Below are positions 1 to 9,611 of a stretch of DNA of 64,000 nt, in pieces; positions within the stretch are counted from its first letter, which is position 1, and every line of letters begins with the position of its first letter. The notes under the pieces were generated by a model. The model did not search any database and was not told the DNA's origin. It worked only from the letters and a program-made list of their open reading frames with translations. The position numbers and the translations under genes are program-made. The stretch lies in the sequence record MW812343.1; one strand, 5' to 3'.

Positions 1-177
1 ACGTGGGGTCTGTCTGGTGCCGAGATTCTGTCTATCGGCGCGAACGATGCGACCACCATGCCGACCAACGGCAAGTACCAGAAAGTGTTGAGGCTGAAAA
101 TGCCTGCTACCAACACAGCGGTCGTAGGTACCATGTATCTGCAATTCAATAAACCTGATGACCCGAACGAGGTGTAA
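1..177 (+). CDS. 3' end (partial) of a virion structural protein, phiKZ gp131-like paralog family
   Basis: Frame 1 is open from base 1 to TAA at 175-177 (TWGLSGAEIL...PTNGKYQKVLRL...GTMYLQFNKPDDPNEV*). The C-terminus resembles that of the next ORF (...DRVVIQT...GVAYYHYNS). Confidence 0.65.
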   Translation, partial: TWGLSGAEILSIGANDATTMPTNGKYQKVLRLKMPATNTAVVGTMYLQFNKPDDPNEV

Positions 178-180
178 TCC

Positions 181-1023
181 ATGTCACTGAACTATGGTAA
201 AATCTCTGACCTTCTGGTTTTTGATTTGATTAACCGCGACAACCCGAATCTGCCGTACCCTATCGATGCGAGCAACGTTATCATCGAGAAGATTACGCAG
301 GTGACGCCGAACGCGGCAAACAACAACCGTAACACCTCTGCCCGTTTACGCGGGCAGCAGCAAGCCGGTTTCCGCGATACCATTACCCTGTATTACGACC
401 GTATCAACATCGATCGTATTCTGCCGTGGTGGAAACTTGGTAGTACCACGCGTGTTGCGACCGCTATCACCAACTTCACTGCGGCGTCTATACACGAGTT
501 GCTGCCTTCGTTCCTGGATAAATACGGGATTAACCTCCAGCCGAAGGACATCCAGAACGGCAGCTTGCCGTACGTGAGCCAACCGAATCAGGCGTATGGC
601 TACAACATCAACATCCTTGCGACTTCGCCAGCCTACATGGGGACGTCGACAGGATACCTGAAACGTGGATTGCCTGTACTGGATACGTCGATTGTGGTTG
701 ATACCTTATCGGAGCTGAATCACCCGATTGCGGTCACCAATCAGAAGTGTGTGGATTTACACACCTTCGGTATCGACTTTACGGCGTACAAAAACCTGTT
801 GAACGTCACCTCGGCTGGACTGCCGAACTGGGATGGTCTGCGTGCAGTATTGGACTCGTTAGGTGTTCCGACGTATTCTGCGCCGCTGAACAGCAACTAT
901 GTGTCTGATGTGGCAACCAGCTCAGCGCAGTTTGCGAATAAGGACTTTGACCGCGTGGTGATACAAACCGGTATCGATGAAACCGGTGCGAAGGGTGTCG
1001 CTTACTACCACTATAACAGCTAA
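181..1023 (+). CDS. Virion structural protein, phiKZ gp131-like / SPN3US paralog family B-like
   Basis: 280 aa. N-terminal domain (DLINRDNPNL...RNT...YYDRI...YGINL..D) is shared with ORFs 1081, 4473, 8477 and 9081. Family name is from recalled motif resemblance. Confidence 0.65.
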   Translation: MSLNYGKISDLLVFDLINRDNPNLPYPIDASNVIIEKITQVTPNAANNNRNTSARLRGQQQAGFRDTITLYYDRINIDRILPWWKLGSTTRVATAITNFTAASIHELLPSFLDKYGINLQPKDIQNGSLPYVSQPNQAYGYNINILATSPAYMGTSTGYLKRGLPVLDTSIVVDTLSELNHPIAVTNQKCVDLHTFGIDFTAYKNLLNVTSAGLPNWDGLRAVLDSLGVPTYSAPLNSNYVSDVATSSAQFANKDFDRVVIQTGIDETGAKGVAYYHYNS

Positions 1024-1027
1024 AACG

Positions 1028-1054
1028 GAAGGGCCGCTTGGCCCTTCTTTTTTT
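1028..1054 (+). terminator. Rho-independent terminator
   Basis: GAAGGGCC-GCTT-GGCCCTTC followed by T7, just after the 1023 stop. Confidence 0.85.
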
Positions 1055-1080
1055 GTTCGCGGTGGTCTTTAGGAGTCCTT

Positions 1081-2505
1081 ATGCAATTTTATTCCGAAGC
1101 GGCACTACAGCTTATTTATCGGCAGGTGAACCGCGACAATCCAACGTTACCCGTTCCAGTCAGTAAAGATACCGTGGCGTTATTCGGTACGGTGAAAGCG
1201 GCTAACAGCCAAGGGCGTAATAGCACGGTAACGGTCGTGGGGATTCCGGGAAAGGGGTACTACGGGAAATCGGTGCTGTACTTCGATCGTGTCCAATTAC
1301 CGTACATGTTCTTCTCGACCCTTCGTCCGTTGATTTATTTGCCAAAAACCGTTACCAAGGTGAGTGATGCGTTACCGTACATCAACGAGGCGTTAGGATT
1401 AACCCTGACGGTAGAAGACCTCGCTAGTCCGAACGTTGCTATCACCCCCACCGCCACAAAGACGGATGTCTCCATCGGGATTGCGAGCACCTCAGCCGGT
1501 TTTCTCGGCCCTCTTCATTTCAGTTACCAACTTGAACGGGGTACGTATTACGGATGGTCTGGACCAGGGCCAAAATATTTACTCTTAGGTGATGAGAACT
1601 TTGGATATTTCGGCAAAGTCGACGCCACGGAGATGTACACGAACCTCGAGTTGTGGAACCTGACGTTTGCAGGAAAAGGAACCACGGCAACCCGTCAACT
1701 GTTCTTAGAAGGCTGGTTTAAGTTCTTCTACAAGGGCAGCGTGATATTCATGCCACAGGGTCCGGTAGCAAGCAGTATGAGTTGGAACGACCTGTACAAT
1801 CTCGGGTTCATGTACGGGATTGATGGTGTGGGTAAGTACCCGACGGCTACCCCCGTCAGTCAGTACAAACAGCTTACGTTGAAGAAAGCCGGGAAAACAA
1901 CCTATTTCAAAATCAGGACACCTCGGGCGTCATTGACAGAACCGGATGCGTACTTTGTTGGCAGACCGGGACAGGGTAACTACGCGGGGTCTGAACTTGA
2001 TCTGTTAGTCCACTTGTACTCGGGCGGACAATGGGGATCGGAAAACGGCTCCCAATGGGGTCAGTGGTGTATCATGCAGGACACCATCTCAAACAATCCC
2101 ACAACCAGCTTCCGTGTTTCTACCATGACCGGGGCGAACTGGACAGTCGGAACGAAGTCCGGCTCAGGGACAGGTTGGTACTGGTGGCCGGTGTTGGAGC
2201 TACTCGACCTGAACAATACGGTTGTGCCGCTTGAGAGTGTGAACGCTAAGCTTGAGAACACGCTGATTACCCTGCCTGCGGTCAGTTCGGTTACCGAGAC
2301 ATTGTCGCCTGTCACGCTGGGTGTGCCTAAGACAGTGCTCTATACGCCGATAGTCGCTACCCCTGCGGAGTCGTTTGTATTATCCCCAGTGGCGCTGGGT
2401 ATCCCGAAAACTGTCGATTATAAACCGATAGCAGCAACTGCTGTTAATCGTGCCATTCAGAAAACTGACCTTTCCTCCGCCGACGGTGAACTGGATGGGT
2501 TTTAA
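1081..2505 (+). CDS. Virion structural protein: family-B anchor domain + inserted domain X + C-terminal KTDLS..DGELDGF
   Basis: 474 aa; AGGAG RBS; paralog of 4473..5870. Confidence 0.65.
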   Translation: MQFYSEAALQLIYRQVNRDNPTLPVPVSKDTVALFGTVKAANSQGRNSTVTVVGIPGKGYYGKSVLYFDRVQLPYMFFSTLRPLIYLPKTVTKVSDALPYINEALGLTLTVEDLASPNVAITPTATKTDVSIGIASTSAGFLGPLHFSYQLERGTYYGWSGPGPKYLLLGDENFGYFGKVDATEMYTNLELWNLTFAGKGTTATRQLFLEGWFKFFYKGSVIFMPQGPVASSMSWNDLYNLGFMYGIDGVGKYPTATPVSQYKQLTLKKAGKTTYFKIRTPRASLTEPDAYFVGRPGQGNYAGSELDLLVHLYSGGQWGSENGSQWGQWCIMQDTISNNPTTSFRVSTMTGANWTVGTKSGSGTGWYWWPVLELLDLNNTVVPLESVNAKLENTLITLPAVSSVTETLSPVTLGVPKTVLYTPIVATPAESFVLSPVALGIPKTVDYKPIAATAVNRAIQKTDLSSADGELDGF

Positions 2506-2517
2506 GAGGTAATACAC

Positions 2518-3516
2518 ATGGCGTTTATCTTACGTTGGACGAACCCTAATAAGCTCGCCACCACCGTGAACATTTATCGCGACACCAAAGCGTTAGTGGC
2601 GGGTTCATTACCCGCACCTATTGTCACCCTGACCAACGGGGAAACACAGTGGCGTGATACCACCGCGGTGAAAGGCGGGACGTACTATTATCTGCTTTCC
2701 GTTACAGCAAACGGAAAAACCGTTTACGGGGCACAGCAAAGCTACACCATCGAAGTGAAACGCGGCATCGGCCCCACCACGTTCCTGTGGGGTAATGATG
2801 AATACGGCTACATGGGTACCGTACCTTATGCCGAGCAAATGGACGCCTCGCAGTTTCCGGCTGCGTTCAATGCTATTAACGGCACCGCCTTTACTGATCG
2901 TGTGCCAATGATGAAGTTCTCTTATCGCGGTAAGATTCTTTATCTGCTTGACCGCACACCGATTTACCCAGCGGACGTGGCATGGAACACCTTGTACACC
3001 GGGGGTCTCATTTACGGTGTCGATGGTCCGGGGCCGGATGGTTGTTGGGGTGACTCCGCACCAACTGACCAAGGCGGAAAGATTCTGCACAACAGCGACA
3101 CATACCGCTTGCGTGTACCGCGCGGTCTCCAGACGTTCGAGCAGTCGTTGATGTTCCCGTTTGATAACACGCTGGATAAAACCAACCACGATGCGCTGAA
3201 AACTCAGCCGGAGTATAACGAGTTCAACGACTTGATTTATACCTACGTGTTGGGCTTCCCGGCAAACCGTCGTGCGCCATTAAACCGCGTGAACGCCACC
3301 ATTAACCTAGGCAACATCGCTTTCTCGTCAAGCAACACTGCCTTTAACGGGGGTGTGGCCTGTCAGGAACGGGATACGTTAACCAAGCGCGCGCTGGCGC
3401 GTGGGTGGTTTACCTCAGGGTCAAAAGAGACCAACGTCGATATGATGCAGAAGATTAACTACGTTGCGCCGACGCAAGGTTGCCGTTATATCCCCATCAT
3501 TGAGTTGCAGGAATAG
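2518..3516 (+). CDS. Putative virion protein: FN3/Ig-like N-terminal domain (type A) + domain X
   Basis: 332 aa; LRWTNPN...IYR...YYYLLS pattern is typical of FN3; paralog of 5879..6931. Confidence 0.6.
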   Translation: MAFILRWTNPNKLATTVNIYRDTKALVAGSLPAPIVTLTNGETQWRDTTAVKGGTYYYLLSVTANGKTVYGAQQSYTIEVKRGIGPTTFLWGNDEYGYMGTVPYAEQMDASQFPAAFNAINGTAFTDRVPMMKFSYRGKILYLLDRTPIYPADVAWNTLYTGGLIYGVDGPGPDGCWGDSAPTDQGGKILHNSDTYRLRVPRGLQTFEQSLMFPFDNTLDKTNHDALKTQPEYNEFNDLIYTYVLGFPANRRAPLNRVNATINLGNIAFSSSNTAFNGGVACQERDTLTKRALARGWFTSGSKETNVDMMQKINYVAPTQGCRYIPIIELQE

Positions 3517-3524
3517 GAGCGGCT

Positions 3525-4460
3525 ATGACTATCCAAATCAAATGGCCGTCACAGGCTTCTAAGGGCTTAACAAGCATTGAGCTATACCGTAAGGTGGGTT
3601 GGAACGCTACACTCGATGTAGTGAATCCTGGGACGCCTTATAAGGTGTTAGACCCGTCCGCAACATCGTTCACGGAGAGCCTCAGTGATCTGACCGAGAA
3701 AACCGTGTATTCTTACTGGGTGGCTGCGGTGAAAGGCGACGAGCGGCTTATCGGTGCGAAAATCGTCCAACCTTTCTATCTGGACACGGGTCCAGGTGCG
3801 CAAGCGCCGATTCGTGGCGACTGGATTTGCGGATACTTCGGCCGGTTAACGAAAGATGAATTCTTTAACCGTCAGGAAGTGCTGGCGCAATTAACCGCCG
3901 CGCAACAGGGCGTTTACCAAGTCGAGTCACAATACTGGCACAAATTCGTGTACCGTGGAAAAATTCTGTTCTTCCCGGAAACCCATCAGGGTTATGCCAG
4001 TTATGCGAGCGTGTACAACGCGGGGCTAATGTCAGGTGATGTCGAACTGGCTATCATTCCGAACGGTAGCACCAAGACACCCCAGAACACTCGTGTGCAA
4101 AAAGATGGCCGTCAGTACATCTTACGTATGCCGTGGGGGAATACGCCAGGCGAAGCCAACGGTTGGGGTCCGAAAGGCGAATGGTTCAACACCATGGGCC
4201 GTATGTTCGGGGGCTCAGGCAGTAACGCTGCGGACAACTTGGTCGCGGAACTGGGGGTGAGTCAACCGTTTTGGAATGACATCCCGGTCCTGTCGAGTTC
4301 CAGTTCCAACACAGACATCGGTGCGGTAGGGTTGATTCCTTTGTACGCGGCCAATGGCTTCTACTACGCGTATCCGTACCGGCCAATGGCCTTTACGTCT
4401 ATGACCGGCGTAACGACCAGCATGTACATGCGTTACGTCTTTGAACTTGTCTTACCATAA
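3525..4460 (+). CDS. Putative virion protein: FN3/Ig-like N-terminal domain (type B) + domain X
   Basis: 311 aa; IKWPSQASKGL..IELYR...YSYWVAAVKG; paralog of 6938..7822. Confidence 0.6.
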   Translation: MTIQIKWPSQASKGLTSIELYRKVGWNATLDVVNPGTPYKVLDPSATSFTESLSDLTEKTVYSYWVAAVKGDERLIGAKIVQPFYLDTGPGAQAPIRGDWICGYFGRLTKDEFFNRQEVLAQLTAAQQGVYQVESQYWHKFVYRGKILFFPETHQGYASYASVYNAGLMSGDVELAIIPNGSTKTPQNTRVQKDGRQYILRMPWGNTPGEANGWGPKGEWFNTMGRMFGGSGSNAADNLVAELGVSQPFWNDIPVLSSSSSNTDIGAVGLIPLYAANGFYYAYPYRPMAFTSMTGVTTSMYMRYVFELVLP

Positions 4461-4472
4461 CGGAGAGTCACC

Positions 4473-5870
4473 ATGGGGCTTTATGCTGCAAACTCACTGA
4501 GTTTAGTGTGCCAGCAAATCCTCCGTGATAACCCCGACCTCCCCTTTCCGCTGACCAAAGATAATATCCTTGTGCTCGGCGGACCTTTCACTACGAACCT
4601 TGGGACAAGCGGGCGAAAAACCCGCCTTGTCTTAAACGGGAAAGCCGGTGCTGGGTTTACGGGGCGCAGAGAGTTTTTCTACGACAGGATTGATTTGTCG
4701 AAACTCTTTAAGGGTATCACGGTGGTATTCGAGGCCGATGGAGCAGCTGCGACAATCGCAGATCTGTTACCGGCGTTGAATAAACAGTATGGATTGGGAT
4801 TAGAACCCGCGGATATTTCCAACGGGGATACCAAACTCGGTTACGCGTATGAGCCGACCCTTGTTGCTATCACAATAGCTGCGAGTTCTCTGGCTTATAC
4901 CGGGTCGTTGTCGGTAACATGGACACGTAAGCCTTCCGGCGTGTACCCTGACTCGGGTCCGGGTTCGAAAACGATGCTCATCGGGGATATGACTGCGGGG
5001 TACTTCGGTACCGTTACGCAGGCCGACCTTATGACGGCATCAGACTTATACGACAGTGACCGTACAACCCTCGGTAGTTATACACCGGTGCTGGACAACA
5101 GTCTTTTCTGGATTAAGTTTGCCTTGGACGGAGAAATCTATTTCTTCCCAAGCAACACACTGATGACCGGTGTGACGTGGGCGAGTCTGAACGCAATTGG
5201 TGCGGTGAAGGGCGACAGCCAATACCCGTGGGTGGTGAAGACGGGCGATGGAGAGAATACTTTCTTTGACCTGACGTTACCGCGTTCGAACACGGATGAC
5301 CCCATGGGGCCGGTACGTAACGAAGCGGGGAGTGTGTCGGCACGTATCTTCAATAAGCTGCACACCAGCGCCTACGGTACCAAGGAATGGGATACCCTGA
5401 CGTTTAACCTCGGGAATCTTTTCCTGTGGATGAACCACTACGATAACGGAACGACCGATTCGGTGTTCGTCAGTCAGATGAACCAAGCTACCGTTACCAG
5501 CACCAAAGAAACTACGGCGTATAACTGGCGACCGATGTTGAAACTGGTACAAGGTAAAGCGGTGGTCATCCCGATACGCAATGTGCAGGGTGAACCCTTC
5601 GGCCGTATTGTCCCGCCTGCGATGACGATTGACCGGTCGCGTGATCCGTCGATGCCGGTGCGGATGATTAACATCTTGGGTACGTATCTGCGCACGATTA
5701 CCGCGCCTACGATGCAACTCAAAAAACCGACGGCGGACGACATGACTCAGTCACCAAAAGCGGTTAGAGGTAGCGTAGTGGTGAAGCCGATTCTCATGCG
5801 GATTACCACAGAGTTTACGAAGAAGACGCCATTGAGCAGCCTCGATGGTGAACTCCCTGAATTTCAATAG
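4473..5870 (+). CDS. Virion structural protein: family-B anchor domain + inserted domain X + C-terminal DGELPEF
   Basis: 465 aa; GGAG RBS; paralog of 1081..2505. Confidence 0.65.
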   Translation: MGLYAANSLSLVCQQILRDNPDLPFPLTKDNILVLGGPFTTNLGTSGRKTRLVLNGKAGAGFTGRREFFYDRIDLSKLFKGITVVFEADGAAATIADLLPALNKQYGLGLEPADISNGDTKLGYAYEPTLVAITIAASSLAYTGSLSVTWTRKPSGVYPDSGPGSKTMLIGDMTAGYFGTVTQADLMTASDLYDSDRTTLGSYTPVLDNSLFWIKFALDGEIYFFPSNTLMTGVTWASLNAIGAVKGDSQYPWVVKTGDGENTFFDLTLPRSNTDDPMGPVRNEAGSVSARIFNKLHTSAYGTKEWDTLTFNLGNLFLWMNHYDNGTTDSVFVSQMNQATVTSTKETTAYNWRPMLKLVQGKAVVIPIRNVQGEPFGRIVPPAMTIDRSRDPSMPVRMINILGTYLRTITAPTMQLKKPTADDMTQSPKAVRGSVVVKPILMRITTEFTKKTPLSSLDGELPEFQ

Positions 5871-5878
5871 GTGAAATC

Positions 5879-6931
5879 ATGGCTTTAAGATTAAAATGGG
5901 ATAACCCCAACGTCGTCACCACCAAGACGACGATTTACCGTGGTGATGCACCGCTGGATAATGCGAATCTACCCGCACCTCTGGTTACGTTGGAGGCCGG
6001 GGTAAAAGAGTGGGTAGATAACGATGCCAAGTTCGGCAACACGTATTACTACATCCTCGGCAGTAAAACCGACGTCGATGAAGTATTGACACCAAACCAA
6101 AAGATTCTGGTCGCCGATAACCGGGGTGTAGGACCGTCTACGCTGGTTTTGGGTGACGACAGTTTAGGTTTCTTTGGTCAAGTGTTGTCTTCTGACTTCG
6201 TGAACTCCACACACATCCTCGCGGCGTCTGCGAACCCAACCGGTTTGCCGTCTGGGACATACACACCGACGTGGAACAAGTTTATCCGTAAGGGTAAAAT
6301 CATCTATGTTCCTGACCGGACTTTCGGGGTTTGTGCTTGGACGGCTATCTATAACTCCGGGTTAGTATACGGTGTGGATTCTACGGGGCCTGCGGATGCT
6401 AACCTGACTGGCCTTACTCCTACCAACCAGAAATCCATTATCGATTTCAAAGGGTTCAAGTATAAGGTCCGGTTGTTACGTGGGATTACGGATCGTCCAC
6501 TAACGGCGGATATTTGGAACGCCCAAAAGGGTAACCAAGAGCAGTTAACCGTTGCCGAAGACAACGAGTTTAACGACCTGATGTATCCGTTGATGTGGCC
6601 AGTGCCCGTGAAATACCAACGGTTGCCGAACATCTTTGAAGATGCGCCGGACGCGTACTTGGGGGCACCGTGGAACGCGTATGATAGCACAACGGCAAAC
6701 AACTTGACACTGACGAACCGTATTTGGTGCCAAGAACGTAACCCGGCAGCGAACGCGGCAGCATCAACGATTTGCGTACGGGGGGTGCGCTCTGCGGTGT
6801 ATGGTGCTACTTCATACCCGTACACAGCGGATCATTTGTCGGCGATGCAGTTTAATGCCGCTAACTTGTCCTGCTACTGGTTGCCGGTGTTAGAGTTGGT
6901 TGAAGAAACCGCTACTGTGGTTAAGGGGTAA
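5879..6931 (+). CDS. Putative virion protein: FN3-like (type A) + domain X
   Basis: 350 aa; MALRLKWDNPN...IYR; paralog of 2518..3516. Confidence 0.6.
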   Translation: MALRLKWDNPNVVTTKTTIYRGDAPLDNANLPAPLVTLEAGVKEWVDNDAKFGNTYYYILGSKTDVDEVLTPNQKILVADNRGVGPSTLVLGDDSLGFFGQVLSSDFVNSTHILAASANPTGLPSGTYTPTWNKFIRKGKIIYVPDRTFGVCAWTAIYNSGLVYGVDSTGPADANLTGLTPTNQKSIIDFKGFKYKVRLLRGITDRPLTADIWNAQKGNQEQLTVAEDNEFNDLMYPLMWPVPVKYQRLPNIFEDAPDAYLGAPWNAYDSTTANNLTLTNRIWCQERNPAANAAASTICVRGVRSAVYGATSYPYTADHLSAMQFNAANLSCYWLPVLELVEETATVVKG

Positions 6932-6937
6932 TAAAAG

Positions 6938-7822
6938 ATGGGTGTTAAAATCAGCTGGGACAGCCAAGCAGGGAAAGGATTGGATGCGATTGAGGTCTAC
7001 CGCAGTAAGGCCAAAATTGACCCGCAGAATCCGGGTAGCCCGTTGGCGTCACTTGACCCGAGCCTGACGTCGTATGAAGACTTCACGGCGGTCAACAAAA
7101 ACCTGTACTATTACTGCTTAGCCGCGAAGAAGGGAAACGAGCGTTCTTTTGGTACCAACCAACTGACGGGATACTTCTCGGAAACTGGGCCGGGTAACGC
7201 AACCGTGGTGCGTGGTAGCTGGAACTCCGGTTTCATGGATAAGGTGCCAAGTGCCTCGTTCATCACGGGTGCGGACTTAGCTGCCAAGTTGTCTGGCTTG
7301 GTCTACAGCGGTAATCCGGGTGTGCCAAATAACTGGTACAAGATGGCATGTAAAGGTAAAGTGCTGTTCTTCCCAGACGCGGCGATGTTCAACACAACGT
7401 GGAACCGTTTCTACGATGCCGGGATGGTGTTCGGTACAGACGACTTTGGTAAAACTCCATCGGGGACACCGGGTTCCGTCAACCAGAAGCGTGTTGTGGA
7501 AATCAACGGTTTGCAATATATTGCACGCCTAGCGAAACTCTCTGAAATCGGTCTGGATAAATACCTGACCGTGCAAGATGACACCATTGCCAGTGAGTAT
7601 CGCTCTACTCTCACGCGCATGGTACGGGCCACGATAGAGCCGCAAAACGGGGCACTGCGTCGTTTGGGCGACTTCACATCGGTACCAATCATGCTGGGAC
7701 AACACTTAGCAACCGCTACGCAGGCAGCATACGCGCCAGCGGGGGCACCTGCAACTTTGACTAACGTTGCAATCACCACCAACATCGCTACCGCCATCGT
7801 GTTAGAGTTGATCATGCCTTAA
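6938..7822 (+). CDS. Putative virion protein: FN3-like (type B) + domain X
   Basis: 294 aa; ISWDSQAGKGL..IEVYR; paralog of 3525..4460. Confidence 0.6.
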   Translation: MGVKISWDSQAGKGLDAIEVYRSKAKIDPQNPGSPLASLDPSLTSYEDFTAVNKNLYYYCLAAKKGNERSFGTNQLTGYFSETGPGNATVVRGSWNSGFMDKVPSASFITGADLAAKLSGLVYSGNPGVPNNWYKMACKGKVLFFPDAAMFNTTWNRFYDAGMVFGTDDFGKTPSGTPGSVNQKRVVEINGLQYIARLAKLSEIGLDKYLTVQDDTIASEYRSTLTRMVRATIEPQNGALRRLGDFTSVPIMLGQHLATATQAAYAPAGAPATLTNVAITTNIATAIVLELIMP

Positions 7823-7871
7823 AAAATAAAGACCCTACTCTCCCGTAAAGGAGAGTAGGACTTTTTTATTT
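7821..7871. terminator. Bidirectional intrinsic terminator (CCTAC/GTAGG family)
   Basis: A-tract, CCTACTCTCC-CGTAAA-GGAGAGTAGG, T-tract, between convergent genes. Confidence 0.85.
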
Positions 7872-8348
7872 CGTGACCAGCAACCCGGTACTGTTTAACG
7901 AGGGCTGACCTTCGGTGACGCACTGGAAGAATGTCATTCCTTCGCCGTTACCGGTGGCCGGGTCGACGTTTGAATAGGAGTATGTGGCATTCTTACCTTG
8001 GCTGCCGTGCAATCGGTAATAACGGGTACCGGTGAGCAACTCGATGCTGCCGTCGATTTTACCGAGCAGGTCTTTATACAGTTGCGGAGATTGAATACCA
8101 CCACCCGGATAACTGGCGTGCCATGTGGCACCATTATCCACCACGGTGGCTGAGAACGGCAACAGTTCCAGCTTACCAATCTGGGGCTGGTACTTCACGA
8201 AAGTTTCTTTCGCCGCGCTACATTGGTACACGGTGAAATCGGTTGCGGCGACTGGAATAGTGCCGAATTGACCGGTTGTGTTTGGTGCGAGCGCACAGCC
8301 AGACAGCAGCATTACGCAGGCAATGATCATCATTGCGAATTGACGCAT
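7866..8348 (-). CDS. Lipoprotein of unknown function (weakly MliC-like)
   Basis: 160 aa; MRQ + hydrophobic stretch + lipobox LSGC; AAGGA RBS; two further Cys. Confidence 0.7.
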   Translation of the reverse strand: MRQFAMMIIACVMLLSGCALAPNTTGQFGTIPVAATDFTVYQCSAAKETFVKYQPQIGKLELLPFSATVVDNGATWHASYPGGGIQSPQLYKDLLGKIDGSIELLTGTRYYRLHGSQGKNATYSYSNVDPATGNGEGMTFFQCVTEGQPSLNSTGLLVTK

Positions 8349-8476
8349 TTTTCCTTACCTCATTCATCATTTAGATTTATCGACGCAAACCGTCATATAA
8401 CAGGGCTCGGTCGTAAGAAAGTGTTTTTCTGTACTATTTTCTATGCACCACATGTTAACTCTAAAAGGAACACACG

Positions 8477-9007
8477 ATGGCTACCATCACTCCACAGGCG
8501 CAACTGGTTGCCCTGTTCAATGCAAAAAACTCAAGTCTGCCTCAGGCGCTGGCCGTGTCCGATGTTACATTCGGTGCGGTTGCCGAATACACACCCGGTG
8601 ACGGAAGCGATACTCGCAACTCTAAGCTGACCATCACGGCTGCCAGTGAGAGCGAACACTTCACCGGCTCGAAAGAGCTGCACTACACCCGTCTGTCTTC
8701 GGGTATCGTAGGTACAAAAGCCGTCACTGCCGATCAGGCTGACTGGGATACCGACGAAGAAGTATTGGCGAAACTGAACGCCGATGTTATCGCTGCCGGT
8801 AAAACCAGCGATGCGTTCGCGGCATCTGACCTGACCATCACCCGTTCTGATGGCGACAACGGCGCGAAAGTGATCGACATCCGCATCAACGCGGGCCACA
8901 TCAAATACCTGCCGGGTCAAGTTGCGACGTACACCATCACTGAAGAAATTCAGAAGACGGACATGAGTACCACCAACGGTGAGTTGGATGGTTTTACCAC
9001 CTCTTAA
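8477..9007 (+). CDS. Virion structural protein, minimal family-B anchor domain
   Basis: 176 aa; AAGGA RBS; ends KTDMSTTNGELDGF. Confidence 0.65.
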   Translation: MATITPQAQLVALFNAKNSSLPQALAVSDVTFGAVAEYTPGDGSDTRNSKLTITAASESEHFTGSKELHYTRLSSGIVGTKAVTADQADWDTDEEVLAKLNADVIAAGKTSDAFAASDLTITRSDGDNGAKVIDIRINAGHIKYLPGQVATYTITEEIQKTDMSTTNGELDGFTTS

Positions 9008-9021
9008 TAGGGTAGGTATTA

Positions 9022-9054
9022 AGGGGGGCGAAAGCCCCCCTGTTTCTTTTTTTT
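9022..9054 (+). terminator. Rho-independent terminator (GAAA tetraloop)
   Basis: AGGGGGGC-GAAA-GCCCCCCT followed by GTTTC and a T run. Confidence 0.85.
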
Positions 9055-9080
9055 AATGACCACAACAAAGGAGAACAAAT

Positions 9081-9611
9081 GTGGCAATTGTAACCGCGGA
9101 ACAACAACTATGCGACTTGTATAATGCTGCTAACCCAGGGTTACCACATCCTCTAACGCCAGATGATGTTACTTTCGGTTCTCGTGGGCCTTACACCCCT
9201 GAAAATACTGAAGGGTTGGAATTTATCCCCAATTACGCTTTGAGCCTGACAGCATCACCAGATAGCCCGTATTTCAAAGAAAGTATTACCGTACATTATC
9301 GCCGTGTACCGACCGGTTTCATGTATGGCAGTGAGGAGCATGTAGATGGCACCGTCGAGGAGTGGAATGATGATGAGCATGTACTCGCATTCCTGAACGA
9401 ACGCACCCAAATGCAGTACACCCGCGACGCGTTTCTTATTGATGATATCGTCATCACTCGCACTGATAACGACGATACGATGGACGTTAACGTCACCGTT
9501 AACAACCACATCAAGTTTATTGACGATGGTGTTACGTGGAAGATCGCAAAATCAGCAACGAAGACTGACCTCAGCACGGCCGACGGTGAGTTAGACGGTT
9601 TTAGCCAATAA
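9081..9611 (+). CDS. Virion structural protein, tandem paralog of 8477..9007
   Basis: 176 aa; GTG start after AGGAG; ends KTDLSTADGELDGF. Confidence 0.65.
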   Translation: MAIVTAEQQLCDLYNAANPGLPHPLTPDDVTFGSRGPYTPENTEGLEFIPNYALSLTASPDSPYFKESITVHYRRVPTGFMYGSEEHVDGTVEEWNDDEHVLAFLNERTQMQYTRDAFLIDDIVITRTDNDDTMDVNVTVNNHIKFIDDGVTWKIAKSATKTDLSTADGELDGFSQ

